A DNA stretch of 53,132 bases from an uncultured Clostridium sp. GTDB taxonomy: Bacteria > Bacillota > Clostridia > TANB77 > CAG-508. Both the position numbers and the translations under genes were made by a program. Shown piece after piece: positions 18,744-29,348 of the stretch; the first letter of the stretch is position 1; every line of letters starts with the position of its first letter. A model generated the notes under the pieces. It was not told the origin of the DNA and searched no databases. It saw only the letters and a program-made list of their open reading frames with translations. The DNA lies in assembly GCA_947648765.1 (NCBI GenBank), contig CANSOY010000004.1:1-53132 (forward strand). The letters run 5' to 3'.

Positions 18744-21332
18744 TTAATCAATGCTAAATCCAATCTTGCCGCTTCTTCCCGTCATATTTTTCAAATTGTT
18801 TTCTGCAATCTCGGAATCAATATCTTTTTCCGTCATACAGGTTAAATCCTTTTGATTATATAAATTCTTAGTGTTACGTGCATGAAGTAGTAAAGATTTT
18901 TCAAACAAGTTAATCATAAAACGAGCATTACCAAAGTTTTCAATTTTCATAGCAGTTTCTAATACTTGTTTTACCTTTTCAATCGCTTTTTCATCCAAGG
19001 TAAGTCCTCGTTTTTCTACGGTCTTTTCAAAGATTTCCAACAACTGCTCTTGGGTATAATCCTTGAATTCAATATCATAGCCGATACGAGATAAAATTCC
19101 AGGGTTTAATTTCACAAAGTTGTTCATTTCTTCCTTGTATCCCGCAAAGATAATAATAATTCTGCCTTTGTAATCTTCCATCGACTTAATTAAAGTGGAA
19201 ATACACTCAGAAGCATAATCTGCACTACCTCTTGCATTCACTAAGGTATATGCCTCGTCAATGAAAAGTACGCCATCTAATGCTCTTTCCACCACACGGT
19301 AAGTCTTTGGTGCCGTTTGTCCTAAATATTCTCCAATTAAATCCTTTGCCTCTACCTCAATCAGTTTGTTCGTATTGATATACCCTAACTGATAGAAGAT
19401 ATCTGCTAAAATGCGTGCAACAGTTGTCTTGCCCGTTCCTGGATTTCCTTTGAAAAGCATGTGCAAGTTAATATCTGCAAGTCCTCTTTTTTCTAATTTT
19501 TTATTGAATTCGAGTAAATCGATTAAATGATTAATTTCTTCTTTAATATTTTCTAATCCAGTTAAATCATTTAATTCGGCTAAAATGTCTTCAATTTTTC
19601 TTTTCTTCTCATAGGCTGGTAACACTTCTTTCGTAATACATTCGGCTAAGTTGCGTTTTTTTAAGTAATTGAAAGTAATACGGTTGGATAAATCAAAAGC
19701 ATATTCTTTGCTCTTTAAGTCGCTTTCCATATAAGTAGTCATAATATATTCTTTTAACTCATCCTTAAAGTTTTCCTGTAATTTACCGAGTCGCTCTACA
19801 TTTTTGAGAACAATATCGTAAACTTCGGTTTCTTCTAAATCACGAAACTCAAAGCAAATGTTGAACAAATGCTTTAAGGACGCATTTTCTGCTAGAATTT
19901 CTTGAATCGTTTCCTTTTTTCCCGTAACCACAGTAATAATATCATAGGAAGAGTTTTTGATCGACTCTTCTAGTAAATTCAAGATACGCATACGAAAATC
20001 TTCTTTTTCATGGCGCAACAATCCTAAGTCTGAAATAAGGAGCATTCCGCGGTTCGGCTCCGTTACTTCTTGTGTATTTTGGTCTGTGGTACGAACATAT
20101 TGCCTTTTAATCGTTCGGTAATCACTGATAATCGTATTGGTAGATAAGCTGGTAATCTTTGAATTTTGCACATAACCATAATAGAAGATGACGCCATTTA
20201 GAAAAGAAGTAACCTCTTGTACAATGTTGTTATCGGTCGTGTACAAAATAATGTTAAGTGGAATTTTCAAATGTTTTCTTCCATTTTTGGTATTGTTTTG
20301 TACAAAGTTTAGGAAGTTCGTTAATTGATTTTTCACTTCTTCATTGTATGGCATATTTTTGATAATATATTGCGTGTTACGGTAATAGTAAATATCCCTT
20401 TGTGCCTTCATGTTTGGCTCTTCTTTGGCATAGAAACTGTATAGGTCAATCCCTTCTTTTTGGCAGAACCATAATACATAGGCTGCTAAATGGTAAGGAG
20501 ATTGGACAAAATACTCGCTGTCAATATGCAAGTCTGCTGTGATGTCGTTTTTATGAAGGACACCCTCTTTTTTCTCGCCTTCCCATAAATAGTTTAGAAA
20601 ATCTTGCTCTTGGACGGTTTCTAAATCTAAATAGCGGAAATGGATTTCTTCTTCAGTTTCTTCTGTTAGCTGGACAAAATCGTTTTTCGCTAGCATTTCA
20701 CTTGCTTTTAAGGCGATATAGTCGATAAAATCCATTGGTAATTGCTGTGTTACGGATACAATCTCGTGCTTTTCGTTTAAGATTAACTCCATCATTTCTT
20801 CAAAAGAAACGCCCTCTGTTTTCTCTAAGTAAATTAAATTTGCCAAAATCTTAAACGGGCATTCTTCCTCTGCGTCTAGCAAACAACGACTGCACTTTTG
20901 CTTACGGTTTGTTTCTAGTTGATTGCAAAGTAGCACCCAGTTAATACGGTTATATGCTTTTTCAATGTTGAATACTTGGGATAGCACAATTCTCCAGAAG
21001 GAGTCTAATTTTTGGTTGTCGCAAAGGCGTGCAAAAGAGAATTTTAGGCTATCTTGTTTTGGTTGTTCCTCAATGGATAACATCCCAAATAAAGCATAGA
21101 GTTTTAGCATTTTTTTGTTGTTTTCGGAAATATTGGTTAATCCATATTTTTCCAAAACACTTTGTGCTGTTTTTATTTTTAACTCGCCAATAATCGTATC
21201 TTCTTTTTTCGTAGTTTCTTCAATCCTTGGCTCTTTTTCTTTATTTTCTACATTTGGATTTTCATTTTCTTCCATCTTATTCTTTCCTCTTTCTATTTTA
21301 TCTTGTGTTTTTCTCTTTTTTGATTGTATCAT
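18744..21332 (-). CDS. SpoVK/CbbX-family AAA+ ATPase with a long N-terminal region including a degenerate AAA module
   Basis: LHMLFKGNPGTGKTTVAR, GEYLGQTAPKT, GVLFIDEAY, FAGY, FGNAR. Confidence 0.85.
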   Translation of the reverse strand: MIQSKKRKTQDKIERGKNKMEENENPNVENKEKEPRIEETTKKEDTIIGELKIKTAQSVLEKYGLTNISENNKKMLKLYALFGMLSIEEQPKQDSLKFSFARLCDNQKLDSFWRIVLSQVFNIEKAYNRINWVLLCNQLETNRKQKCSRCLLDAEEECPFKILANLIYLEKTEGVSFEEMMELILNEKHEIVSVTQQLPMDFIDYIALKASEMLAKNDFVQLTEETEEEIHFRYLDLETVQEQDFLNYLWEGEKKEGVLHKNDITADLHIDSEYFVQSPYHLAAYVLWFCQKEGIDLYSFYAKEEPNMKAQRDIYYYRNTQYIIKNMPYNEEVKNQLTNFLNFVQNNTKNGRKHLKIPLNIILYTTDNNIVQEVTSFLNGVIFYYGYVQNSKITSLSTNTIISDYRTIKRQYVRTTDQNTQEVTEPNRGMLLISDLGLLRHEKEDFRMRILNLLEESIKNSSYDIITVVTGKKETIQEILAENASLKHLFNICFEFRDLEETEVYDIVLKNVERLGKLQENFKDELKEYIMTTYMESDLKSKEYAFDLSNRITFNYLKKRNLAECITKEVLPAYEKKRKIEDILAELNDLTGLENIKEEINHLIDLLEFNKKLEKRGLADINLHMLFKGNPGTGKTTVARILADIFYQLGYINTNKLIEVEAKDLIGEYLGQTAPKTYRVVERALDGVLFIDEAYTLVNARGSADYASECISTLIKSMEDYKGRIIIIFAGYKEEMNNFVKLNPGILSRIGYDIEFKDYTQEQLLEIFEKTVEKRGLTLDEKAIEKVKQVLETAMKIENFGNARFMINLFEKSLLLHARNTKNLYNQKDLTCMTEKDIDSEIAENNLKNMTGRSGKIGFSID

Positions 21333-21426
21333 ACCGCCTTTCATAAGTACAACAAAAAATATGCTTTTTCGACAATTTTAGCATTTTTTTCTCTGTATCA
21401 TATATTAAGAATGGGAGGTGAATTTT

Positions 21427-21828
21427 ATGTGTTTCAAAAATACCACTTGTATCCTTAGCCTTTTCCTTAGTATTTTGCTTGGAGTTGGTGCTGGTGTAGC
21501 CCTCTTTTTTGGTGCTTTACCAGTGATTGTAGGGCTTCCTCTTCTTGTTTTCCTAACTGCTGCATCTGCTTTGGTTGGTTTTTCGTTCTTACTTGGTATG
21601 AACCGCCATTCCGTTTGCATTTGCCGTTATGGTCGTTGCATTTTAATTGGCTCTTTCTTTAGTATTATTCTATCTGCCATTAGTCGTGTTTTAACCATTG
21701 TAGTTGCTAATGTTGGTTTTGCGGTTCTAATTGCTCTTTTAGTAGCTGCGTTTTTCTTTACGATTTTTACTTTTTTTGCTTTTCTTTTCTGTTTAATAAA
21801 GGAAAATTGCTGTTCTTGTTGTGAATAG
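21427..21828 (+). CDS. Cys-containing four-TM membrane protein
   Basis: RBS GGGAGGTG; four hydrophobic segments; terminator hairpin follows near 21843-21873. Confidence 0.7.
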   Translation: MCFKNTTCILSLFLSILLGVGAGVALFFGALPVIVGLPLLVFLTAASALVGFSFLLGMNRHSVCICRYGRCILIGSFFSIILSAISRVLTIVVANVGFAVLIALLVAAFFFTIFTFFAFLFCLIKENCCSCCE

Positions 21829-22009
21829 AATTGGTAGGAAAAAACTTGAGGTCGCAAATTGCGACCTCAAGTTCTATTTGTTTTGTTCATATTTTAGTTT
21901 CACGGTATCCCGTTAAATTAAAAGTTTCATTATTCAGTTTCTCTCATAAAATAATATATACAGCTATATCTTTGTTACTTAATGAGTAAATTATCGTCTT
22001 TTATTTTTT

Positions 22010-22885
22010 CTATTTCTTCCATACTTTTACTGCATAAATAGCAACACCAATTCCTAAAACACCAATAATACTTACAACTGCAATGATGAGCCATGTGTAG
22101 TTTTCGGCATCTTGCTTTTCTGCAAAAGTTGGCATTTCTAGTTCGTTTGAGATTGTATTTCCCTTTTCCTGTCCTAATACCAAAATATTTTCTGTAACAA
22201 AATTGGCTAGTACTGAATTGGCTACCACCTCATTTTGAACTGGTGCTTCTTCAACCGGCTCTTGTACAGGTGGCGTTTCTTCTACTCTTGTTTCCTCTTG
22301 TATTGTTGGCTTTTTATTGGTTGTGCTTGGTCGATTATTGTTCGGAGTACTTGGTTTAGTGGTAGTAGTTGGCGGTTCTTCGGCTGGTGGCTCCTCTTCT
22401 ACTGGTGGTTCTGGCTGTTTTGTCTGGATGGAAATGTTGGCATTTCCGCTTCCAATGACACTTTCTTCGCTTCCATTGGAAATCTCAAAATTGCGAACAC
22501 GGACCCATGCAGAATCTCCTGCACTTTCTTTTACACGAAACGTAACTTTGAAGATATTTTCGCTCGCATTCGAAGCCTTATTTCTTGTTGCTGTTAATTT
22601 ACCATTGGCTTCATTATGGAATGGTGCTGACCATTTGCCTTCTCCATCAATATCTACAAAAGTTAGTGCATTGGTATCATATTCGAGTGTTGTTCCGATT
22701 GCAATAATTCCCTTTCCTGCTTGTAAATTAGAGACGTGTGCATAAACATAAATCTCTTCGCCCTTTGTGGCACTCCCTGGTGCTTGTAGCGATATATTTC
22801 CAGAAATAGCGGCATAGGACTTGGTGCTCAAAAGCCCAAATAGTAAAAGGATTAGGCTCATATATATTTTCACTTGTTTCTTCAT
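22010..22885 (-). CDS. Secreted cohesin-like domain protein with Pro/Thr linker and C-terminal TM anchor
   Basis: Signal peptide, TLEYDTNALTF...IFKVTFRVKE cohesin-like fold, C-terminal TM plus KK. Confidence 0.72.
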   Translation of the reverse strand: MKKQVKIYMSLILLLFGLLSTKSYAAISGNISLQAPGSATKGEEIYVYAHVSNLQAGKGIIAIGTTLEYDTNALTFVDIDGEGKWSAPFHNEANGKLTATRNKASNASENIFKVTFRVKESAGDSAWVRVRNFEISNGSEESVIGSGNANISIQTKQPEPPVEEEPPAEEPPTTTTKPSTPNNNRPSTTNKKPTIQEETRVEETPPVQEPVEEAPVQNEVVANSVLANFVTENILVLGQEKGNTISNELEMPTFAEKQDAENYTWLIIAVVSIIGVLGIGVAIYAVKVWKK

Positions 22886-22956
22886 CAAAAATTCTCCTTA
22901 TTTCATGTTGTTTCGGTAAAAAGAATTAGCGGAAAAAATCTGCTAATTCTTTTTCT

Positions 22957-24060
22957 TTATTCAGCTGGTTCTGGCTCTGTTACTTCTTTAGCTGTTATTT
23001 TCACATTCGCATCAATCGGGCAGATTTGGAAGAAGGTATTACCATCATTGACTTGAATTTCTTCTCCTGCTTCATTACGGTAAATGGTTTTTCCTGCTCT
23101 TGTGGTTTTCTCACAAGTGATTTTAATTGCTTTTCCATTGGTAATGTAGTAACCATTTAATGTTTTCACATTGTCTAGATTTTGTCTGTCTTTGTTTTCG
23201 CCATCATTAAGTGTTGTATTTTTTGCAAACGTAATGATAATATTCTTGGTTGTTACCGTTTCGTCTGTATCCCAGTCCTTTTGTAGTTTTCCTTTGCTGT
23301 ATCTAGTATATCTTTGTGTTTCTGCATCATATTCATATTTTACAAGATTGCTTTTCGAATATGGAATTTCAATGGTATCTGCTCCTACTCCATTTTCTAA
23401 TTTTACCTCGTCAACGGTATATTTTAGGACTGCCTCTTCTGTGGATGTCGTACGATAGCCTTTTTTGTCTTTGGCAAGTGTTAAGATATTTTTCGTGCTA
23501 GTTACTGCATTATGTGGTGCTTTTTTATCTTTAACACGCCAGAAATCTTTACTGCTATATACCAATCCATTTACATTCTGTACATTTAATTTGGAAATGT
23601 CTCTTTCTGCTTGTGGGCTCCAGCCATAATGTACATAGATGGCATCATTTTCAAGTGCATAGTCTAAGAAATAGTGTCTTGCACTACGAATTGGTCCAAT
23701 TTTGGCTAAGTCTTTTCCTTTGAATATTGCCATTAAACGGGACTCTCCGCCTTCTACAATAATCTCATAGACCGCATAGGCTTCATCTAATCCTGCATGT
23801 GGTTGTGCAGATTTATGGTTATCTATCATAACGGCGATTGGTCTATCGGTTCCTTGGTAAATCTCTACTTTTTTGGTTACGACTGGTGCTACTGGTGGCT
23901 CTTCTGCCTTTTGTTCTACGTCATTTTGGCTTGCTTCTTGGACGGATTGGTCTTTCCAAATTTTGAAGGCAAGTAACCCACCTGCTCCTAAGATACAAAC
24001 AATCAAAAGAATTACTAATACTTTTAATCCAACATTCTTACTTTTATTTTCTTCGTTCAT
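22957..24060 (-). CDS. DUF3048 (YerB-like) protein
   Basis: RPIAVMIDN..AQPHAGL..A..VYE..VEGG.SR, IGPIRSARHYF. Confidence 0.9.
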   Translation of the reverse strand: MNEENKSKNVGLKVLVILLIVCILGAGGLLAFKIWKDQSVQEASQNDVEQKAEEPPVAPVVTKKVEIYQGTDRPIAVMIDNHKSAQPHAGLDEAYAVYEIIVEGGESRLMAIFKGKDLAKIGPIRSARHYFLDYALENDAIYVHYGWSPQAERDISKLNVQNVNGLVYSSKDFWRVKDKKAPHNAVTSTKNILTLAKDKKGYRTTSTEEAVLKYTVDEVKLENGVGADTIEIPYSKSNLVKYEYDAETQRYTRYSKGKLQKDWDTDETVTTKNIIITFAKNTTLNDGENKDRQNLDNVKTLNGYYITNGKAIKITCEKTTRAGKTIYRNEAGEEIQVNDGNTFFQICPIDANVKITAKEVTEPEPAE

Positions 24061-24072
24061 TTTTCTTCCTCC

Positions 24073-24825
24073 TTACATACGAAAAATGGTAATTCCATAG
24101 AGTAGTAATATGATTAAAACGCCCATCGTTGAACTATACATGACTTCAGCAAAGGAATGGGCATCATTTCGCATTCGGTTGCCAATCACAAGGCAAGATA
24201 ACACTAAAGCGAGGGCAAATACAATAATATTTCTTGTATTGAGCCAAATAGCCGTTAAAATCGCAAAGGCTAAAATAGTTTGCCCACTTGGATTAAAAAT
24301 TCGCTTACCGACTTGCTTTTTGTGGTTGATGTATGCCTTTCCTGCTAAAATTCCAATCACTGCTAAGATAATTCCAACAAATGCAATGTGCATTGGAGAT
24401 GCTACCACATAGTCTAATATGGTTGTTCCCATTTGCGAAAGTTCCGTTTCTCGGAAGAATAGGAAATATGCTACAACACAAGCGTTGATGGCAACGAGCA
24501 CCACAGCTCCTGCTGCTACATCTTTGGCAATCTTGGCTTTTGGATGGTATTGGTCTGTAAATAAATCCACTACTGTTTCAATCGCTGTATTTATCATTTC
24601 AGCAAAAATAACAAGAAATACAGCAAAGGTAAGACATAAAAACTCAGATGTGGTAAAGTTATAAAATAGACTTAAAATCATAACCGTTACCGCAATAACT
24701 AACTGCTTTCGTACATTACTTTGTGTGGTTGTTGCATATAAAATTCCATTAACTGCATTGTTGCAAGCATCGATAAAATTGGTATTATGTAATTTTTTCT
24801 TTTCTTTTTCTTCTTCTTCTTTCAT
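24073..24825 (-). CDS. dgkA: Undecaprenol/diacylglycerol kinase DgkA with a C-terminal PAP2-like domain
   Basis: EMINTAIETVVD...AKIAKDVAAGAV; C-terminal PSGQT..AF...HSFAEV; follows ybeY. Confidence 0.88.
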   Translation of the reverse strand: MKEEEEKEKKKLHNTNFIDACNNAVNGILYATTTQSNVRKQLVIAVTVMILSLFYNFTTSEFLCLTFAVFLVIFAEMINTAIETVVDLFTDQYHPKAKIAKDVAAGAVVLVAINACVVAYFLFFRETELSQMGTTILDYVVASPMHIAFVGIILAVIGILAGKAYINHKKQVGKRIFNPSGQTILAFAILTAIWLNTRNIIVFALALVLSCLVIGNRMRNDAHSFAEVMYSSTMGVLIILLLYGITIFRM

Positions 24826-24828
24826 ACG

Positions 24829-25308
24829 CTATTCCCTTGTTATCTTTAATTGTTCCAAAATATATTCTTCTTTTGGTCGCATTTTCTTTTTGTCTTCTTC
24901 CTTGATATGGTCATATCCCATCAAGTGATAGAACCCGTGTACCAATAGATAGGCAAGTTCTCTTTGGAAGGAATGCCCATATTCTTTGGCTTGTTCCTCT
25001 ACTTTTTCGGTTGCTATGATAATATCTCCTAGCACTTCTTCCACTGGATTTTCTCCTTGTTTTAGTACCTCAATTTCTGCTGGTTCAAACATTGGAAAAG
25101 AAAGAACATCGGTTGGTTTATCCAGATTACGATAGGTTCGGTTAATTTCTTGGATTCCTGCTAAATTCGTAAAAATAACATTGACATAGAGTTTCGTATT
25201 GGTCAATTCTTCTGTGGCAAAACATTTTTGTAAGACTTTTTTCACCGTTTGTTCATTTTCTTTTTGTTCTTCCATTTGGTCGTACTCAATTTCAACAACT
25301 TTTTTCAT
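24829..25308 (-). CDS. ybeY: rRNA maturation endoribonuclease YbeY
   Basis: YRNLDKPTDVLSFP, LGDIII, HGFYHLMGYDH. Confidence 0.95.
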   Translation of the reverse strand: MKKVVEIEYDQMEEQKENEQTVKKVLQKCFATEELTNTKLYVNVIFTNLAGIQEINRTYRNLDKPTDVLSFPMFEPAEIEVLKQGENPVEEVLGDIIIATEKVEEQAKEYGHSFQRELAYLLVHGFYHLMGYDHIKEEDKKKMRPKEEYILEQLKITRE

Positions 25309-25357
25309 GATTTCTCCATAACTTAAGGCGAACAAAGAATTTGCCCGCCTCATGAGT

Positions 25358-26563
25358 TTATACATATTGTTTCTGTTTTACAAATCTTCCTTGTATGGTT
25401 CGTACTTGATTTGGCATTTGTCTCATAACCCCTAGTTCTACTAAACGATTACGATAAAATGCAATAATTTTGGCATAACGCTCTGGATTGCAAAGTACTT
25501 TTTCTAAATCTCCACGGATAAATAAAATTTCTTTTTGTTTCTTGTATTCGACACGGTCTGTATCTTTGATTTGGTTAATCGCTTGGTAAGAGTCCCAGAA
25601 TTTCTTGTAACTGTCACGGTCTGCTGGTTTTTCCCAGTAGATTTTAGTTGATAAAAGTCGGATATTATACTCTTCGATTAGTTTGATTAAAAGTGCATAA
25701 GCTTTTTCTTGTTTTTTCTCTACTCTCGTATCGACAATTAAAGCACGGATATCTTTTAGCAATTTGATGTAGCATTGTTCTGCTACGATAAGTGGTAAAC
25801 TATGCGTAAATAGTTTACGGCTAATACCAAGTAAAATCATCGATTTTTCAATGGAGTCATTTTGATCTAATTTTCCAACTGTAAAGTTTTCAAATTTCTC
25901 GTATTCTTCTAAGATGGACGCATAGGTTTCGTCTGCACTTACCTCTAGTTTTAGTGGTAGTACCTGTGTGATGTATTCTTCTAAGGCTACAAAGATTTTT
26001 CCATAAACTTCTTCTTTATTGGCATAACTTAAATTATCTGACAATTTTACCGAATAGTGTTTGAGAAGTCCTTTGTAAAGTGCCTCTACTTTTTCTAAGT
26101 AAAATCTTTTATATCTTTCAAAAAACCTTGGCTTGCCACTTTCTTTCACAGCTTCATAATCTAGCCTTAACAAGTATCTTTGTTTTTTGTATTTGTATTC
26201 AATGTACTCACTATCCTTCAAGTGAATGATGTTATAGTAATTGGCTAGTGCTTCTTTTTCAAAAATTGACGCAGTTTCATTACGTACTTTATTATAGATT
26301 GAGTCCATAATGTGTTTATCGATTGCCTCTAAGTATAAGGCATACATATCTTCTTGTTTTTTGCGATATTCTTCTTGCTTGATTTCATCTTTTGCGTATT
26401 GCTTTTGTAACTCAAAAGCCTTTATCACATTGTTTCTTTTCATCGCAATGAGCACGCTATTGATACCAACTTTGGTTGGTATGAGTAGTTTTGTAATCGT
26501 GCTGGAGATTTTCGCAAAAAAGGTCTTGTCGGCACGATAGACTCTTACGCTTCTTTCTTCCAT
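25358..26563 (-). CDS. Hypothetical alpha-helical protein
   Basis: About 400-codon ORF within the yqfD-ybeY operon, RBS AAAGGA; no family recognised. Confidence 0.75.
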   Translation of the reverse strand: MEERSVRVYRADKTFFAKISSTITKLLIPTKVGINSVLIAMKRNNVIKAFELQKQYAKDEIKQEEYRKKQEDMYALYLEAIDKHIMDSIYNKVRNETASIFEKEALANYYNIIHLKDSEYIEYKYKKQRYLLRLDYEAVKESGKPRFFERYKRFYLEKVEALYKGLLKHYSVKLSDNLSYANKEEVYGKIFVALEEYITQVLPLKLEVSADETYASILEEYEKFENFTVGKLDQNDSIEKSMILLGISRKLFTHSLPLIVAEQCYIKLLKDIRALIVDTRVEKKQEKAYALLIKLIEEYNIRLLSTKIYWEKPADRDSYKKFWDSYQAINQIKDTDRVEYKKQKEILFIRGDLEKVLCNPERYAKIIAFYRNRLVELGVMRQMPNQVRTIQGRFVKQKQYV

Positions 26564-26577
26564 TGCTATCCATCCTT

Positions 26578-27764
26578 TCAAAATACGATTTTTTCTTTTG
26601 TCCCGATTTCTTCTAGTACCTCATAGGTTAATTCAATCTCGACACCGTTTTTTTGCGGATTGATTTGAATTTTTCGATCTAAAATATTTTCTTTTTGCTT
26701 AACCTCTGTATCGAGCTGTTCCGTTAGGTTTTGGATTCCTTGTTTCTTCAATTCCTCGATTCCGTAAGGAAATTCGCTGTAATTCGTATTCTTGATTTTG
26801 CAAAGTCGTGAGTTCTAGCGGAAGATAGAAGTTCGAAAATATTTTGCATTTTTGATTTACTTTTATTGTATCATACTTTTCAAATTTTGAAAGGGTTTTA
26901 TATAAATTTATTTGAAAATTATTTAATTTTATTTCATACTTTTTTTCCTCCCTACCGGTTAGTACCTTTTTTTCTTGTTCAAATGGATAAAATTCTTTTT
27001 TGGTATACCAGGTTCGTGCCCAAACTTCTCCGGATCGCGTGCACATTTCTTACGCCAGTATATTTTCCTTCCATTGTGCCAGAAATGAGCACATCTCCTG
27101 GTTTTACCAAATCTCCCACGGTTACTTGGATAGTTCCGTTTTGTGCTTGAATTCGTTGAATAGCCCCTTCTTTTGTAGCAACAATCTGGCAATATTCATC
27201 TGCTGCTATCATCTCGGGTTTCTTTTCTGCTTCCACTACTTTGATGGTAATGTTGGTACCTTGCAACTCTACCCCTACCCAAGCAAGTTCTTCTTTTTCA
27301 AGTCGCATGCGATTGGTAAACGCATGGGTATCAATTTTCCCTTTCCAAGTTCCTTGGTCAATCCCACATTCTTTCGCCAGTTGCAAGATTTCCTCTGTGG
27401 AAATTTCTTCATTTCCGTCTACTTCTACATTCCACACAAACTGGGAAAGAAGCAGTATTCCTAAGGAAACTAAGCCAAGAAAGACCACAAAGATTTTTCG
27501 CTTTCGGTATTTACGAAGAAAGAACGGAAGTCCTTTTTTCTCTTCAATTTGAATACCACATCTCGTTTTTCGTGCAATTTTTCGGATACGTTTGAAATCT
27601 CGAATTCCGATTTTAGCTTTTAAGATGGTGTTTCTTTTTCGATCTAAATCCCATAGGAAAATGCCTTTTCTTCTGGCTTGGTTAATTAGTTTTTCAATAG
27701 AATATCCCTCAATGGTAATGATAAGATATCCCGTTAAGGTATGTGATATGGTAGCAATTTGCAC
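26578..27764 (-). CDS. yqfD: Sporulation protein YqfD, 394 aa, requiring two +1 shifts at CGG (27032 and 26764)
   Basis: Three consecutive frames join as ...RNVHAI-G-EVWARTWY... and ...QRISL-G-IEELKKQG...LTYEVLEEIGTKEKIVF*; yqfC lies upstream. Confidence 0.88.
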
Positions 27765-27767
27765 AGG

Positions 27768-28052
27768 TTATCCCTCCTCAATGGATTTTTCAAATTCAAT
27801 TTTTTCAATTTCTCCTGTGATTTTTAGGTCGTCTTCTGTCATCGCTATCATTTCTAGTTTTTGCCCACCAATTCCTAAAATGCCTGTATGGGTATGAATT
27901 CGAATATATACTTCTTGATAGTCCAAAATGGAGCGGTAATTTTCCACTAAGAGTTCGTGAAAGCCAAGACAGGAAAGTCTGGTTTCGTTGGAATATACCT
28001 CTTGTGGAATTTCTAGGATACGGTCTAATTTGGAACTTTTTTTCTTTCTCAT
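27768..28052 (-). CDS. yqfC: Sporulation protein YqfC (YabP family)
   Basis: LEIPQEV...LVENYRSILDY...IRI...L.ITGEI. Confidence 0.88.
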   Translation of the reverse strand: MRKKKSSKLDRILEIPQEVYSNETRLSCLGFHELLVENYRSILDYQEVYIRIHTHTGILGIGGQKLEMIAMTEDDLKITGEIEKIEFEKSIEEG

Positions 28053-28120
28053 TTTTTCACCTCATAAAAATAAGAGCTCTAGAAACAGTATATTTCTATT
28101 GCTCTTGTTTTATGAGATAT

Positions 28121-28525
28121 TTAGTCTTTCTTTTTCGTTTTGCAAGAATTACAAATTCCTTCAAAAGATAGATTAACTTTTTCAATTTTTCCCTTTACTT
28201 TTTTCTCAATCATTTTCATTTCATCGTCGAGTGCTTCAAATTCGTTGTTATATGGCATTGCATTTTCAATTTTTCCACATACTGTACACTCAAAGTGGAT
28301 ATGTGGTTGAGCAATTCCATCAAAACGGTCTGGTCCAATTTTCGCTTTTATTTTACGAACAACACCTTCTTCGCAAAGTTCGCCCAGATTACGGTAAACA
28401 GTTGCCATTCCAATTTCTGGTAACTCCTCTTTTAATTCTGCAAATAACTCTTCTGCAGTTGGATGATCTGCTCTTGTGGTTAAATTTTGAATAATCAATT
28501 CTCTTTGTTTGCTATACTTTTTCAT
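28121..28525 (-). CDS. Fur/PerR family transcriptional regulator
   Basis: SKQRELI, HPTAEE, ATVYRNL, HIHFECTVCG, GICNSC. Confidence 0.92.
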   Translation of the reverse strand: MKKYSKQRELIIQNLTTRADHPTAEELFAELKEELPEIGMATVYRNLGELCEEGVVRKIKAKIGPDRFDGIAQPHIHFECTVCGKIENAMPYNNEFEALDDEMKMIEKKVKGKIEKVNLSFEGICNSCKTKKKD

Positions 28526-28705
28526 TTGTTTTCTCCTATCTTTTTTGATACTTGTTCTCATTTCTTTCTACCATATTACTAAAGTCTTTGACTTTTTTCA
28601 AGTATTTTTCTTTTTTTCTTTCTTTTTTTTTTCGATTATGATACAATGATTTTAGATTTTAAGTTTTGCAAGGAAAGGAGTTTTCCGATTTTTATTGGAA
28701 AGAAT

Positions 28706-28951
28706 ATGCTTATGCAATTAAATCGTTGTTATCGTTGTGGTTGCTTTTTTGCTTCTCAAGGAGAAGTATGTCCAAGATGTCAACCAAAAGATTTGAATGA
28801 ACAAACTAATTTATCGAATTATTTACAAGAAAATGGCTTGCCTGGTTCAGTAGAAGAACTTGCTACTCAAACCAATATTTCGACACGCAACCTAAATCGT
28901 TTTCTTGGAAAAGAACAATTTGCAGACTACCAATTTCCAGTTCAACAATAG
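28706..28951 (+). CDS. Small zinc-ribbon protein (YvyF-like)
   Basis: CYRCGCFF....VCPRC followed by an HTH-like segment. Confidence 0.65.
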   Translation: MLMQLNRCYRCGCFFASQGEVCPRCQPKDLNEQTNLSNYLQENGLPGSVEELATQTNISTRNLNRFLGKEQFADYQFPVQQ

Positions 28952-28976
28952 GGCTTGAAAACGGGAAAGCAAGAAC

Positions 28977-29001
28977 GGAAGAGAATAATCTCTTCCGTTT
29001 T
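28977..29001. repeat. 25-bp direct repeat, copy 1 (terminator-like hairpin)
   Basis: ggaagagaataatctcttccgtttt, identical to 29759-29783. Confidence 0.85.
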
Positions 29002-29089
29002 ATTTTCTTGAAATTTATTGCTAATTTCTCTTTTTTCGTATATACTATAAAGTAAGGAATACAAGGAATTCACGGAAAGGAGGGATTTT

Positions 29090-29341
29090 ATGGAACTAGC
29101 CAAAATAACTTCTAAAGGTCAAATCACTTTACCGATTTCCATTCGAAGGATGCTTAACTTAAAGGATGGCGATAAAGTTGCTTTTATTGAAAAAGATGGT
29201 TATTACATTCTTGTAAATCCGGTTTCTTTTGCAATAGACGAAGTCCGCGAGGCTTTTGATGGCGAAGCAAAAAGGTTAGGTCTTGAAACAGAAGCAGACG
29301 TTGTAAAAATGATAAAAGATTTTAGAAAAGAAAGGAAATAA
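29090..29341 (+). CDS. AbrB/MazE-type antitoxin
   Basis: AKITSKGQITLPISIRRMLNLKDGDKVAF. Confidence 0.92.
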   Translation: MELAKITSKGQITLPISIRRMLNLKDGDKVAFIEKDGYYILVNPVSFAIDEVREAFDGEAKRLGLETEADVVKMIKDFRKERK

Positions 29342-29348
29342 GAATTGC

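Noticed and set aside
26699-27192. Separate small ORFs listed in the yqfD region
   Set aside because: One is the middle segment of yqfD and the others are off-frame; none has a credible independent start.
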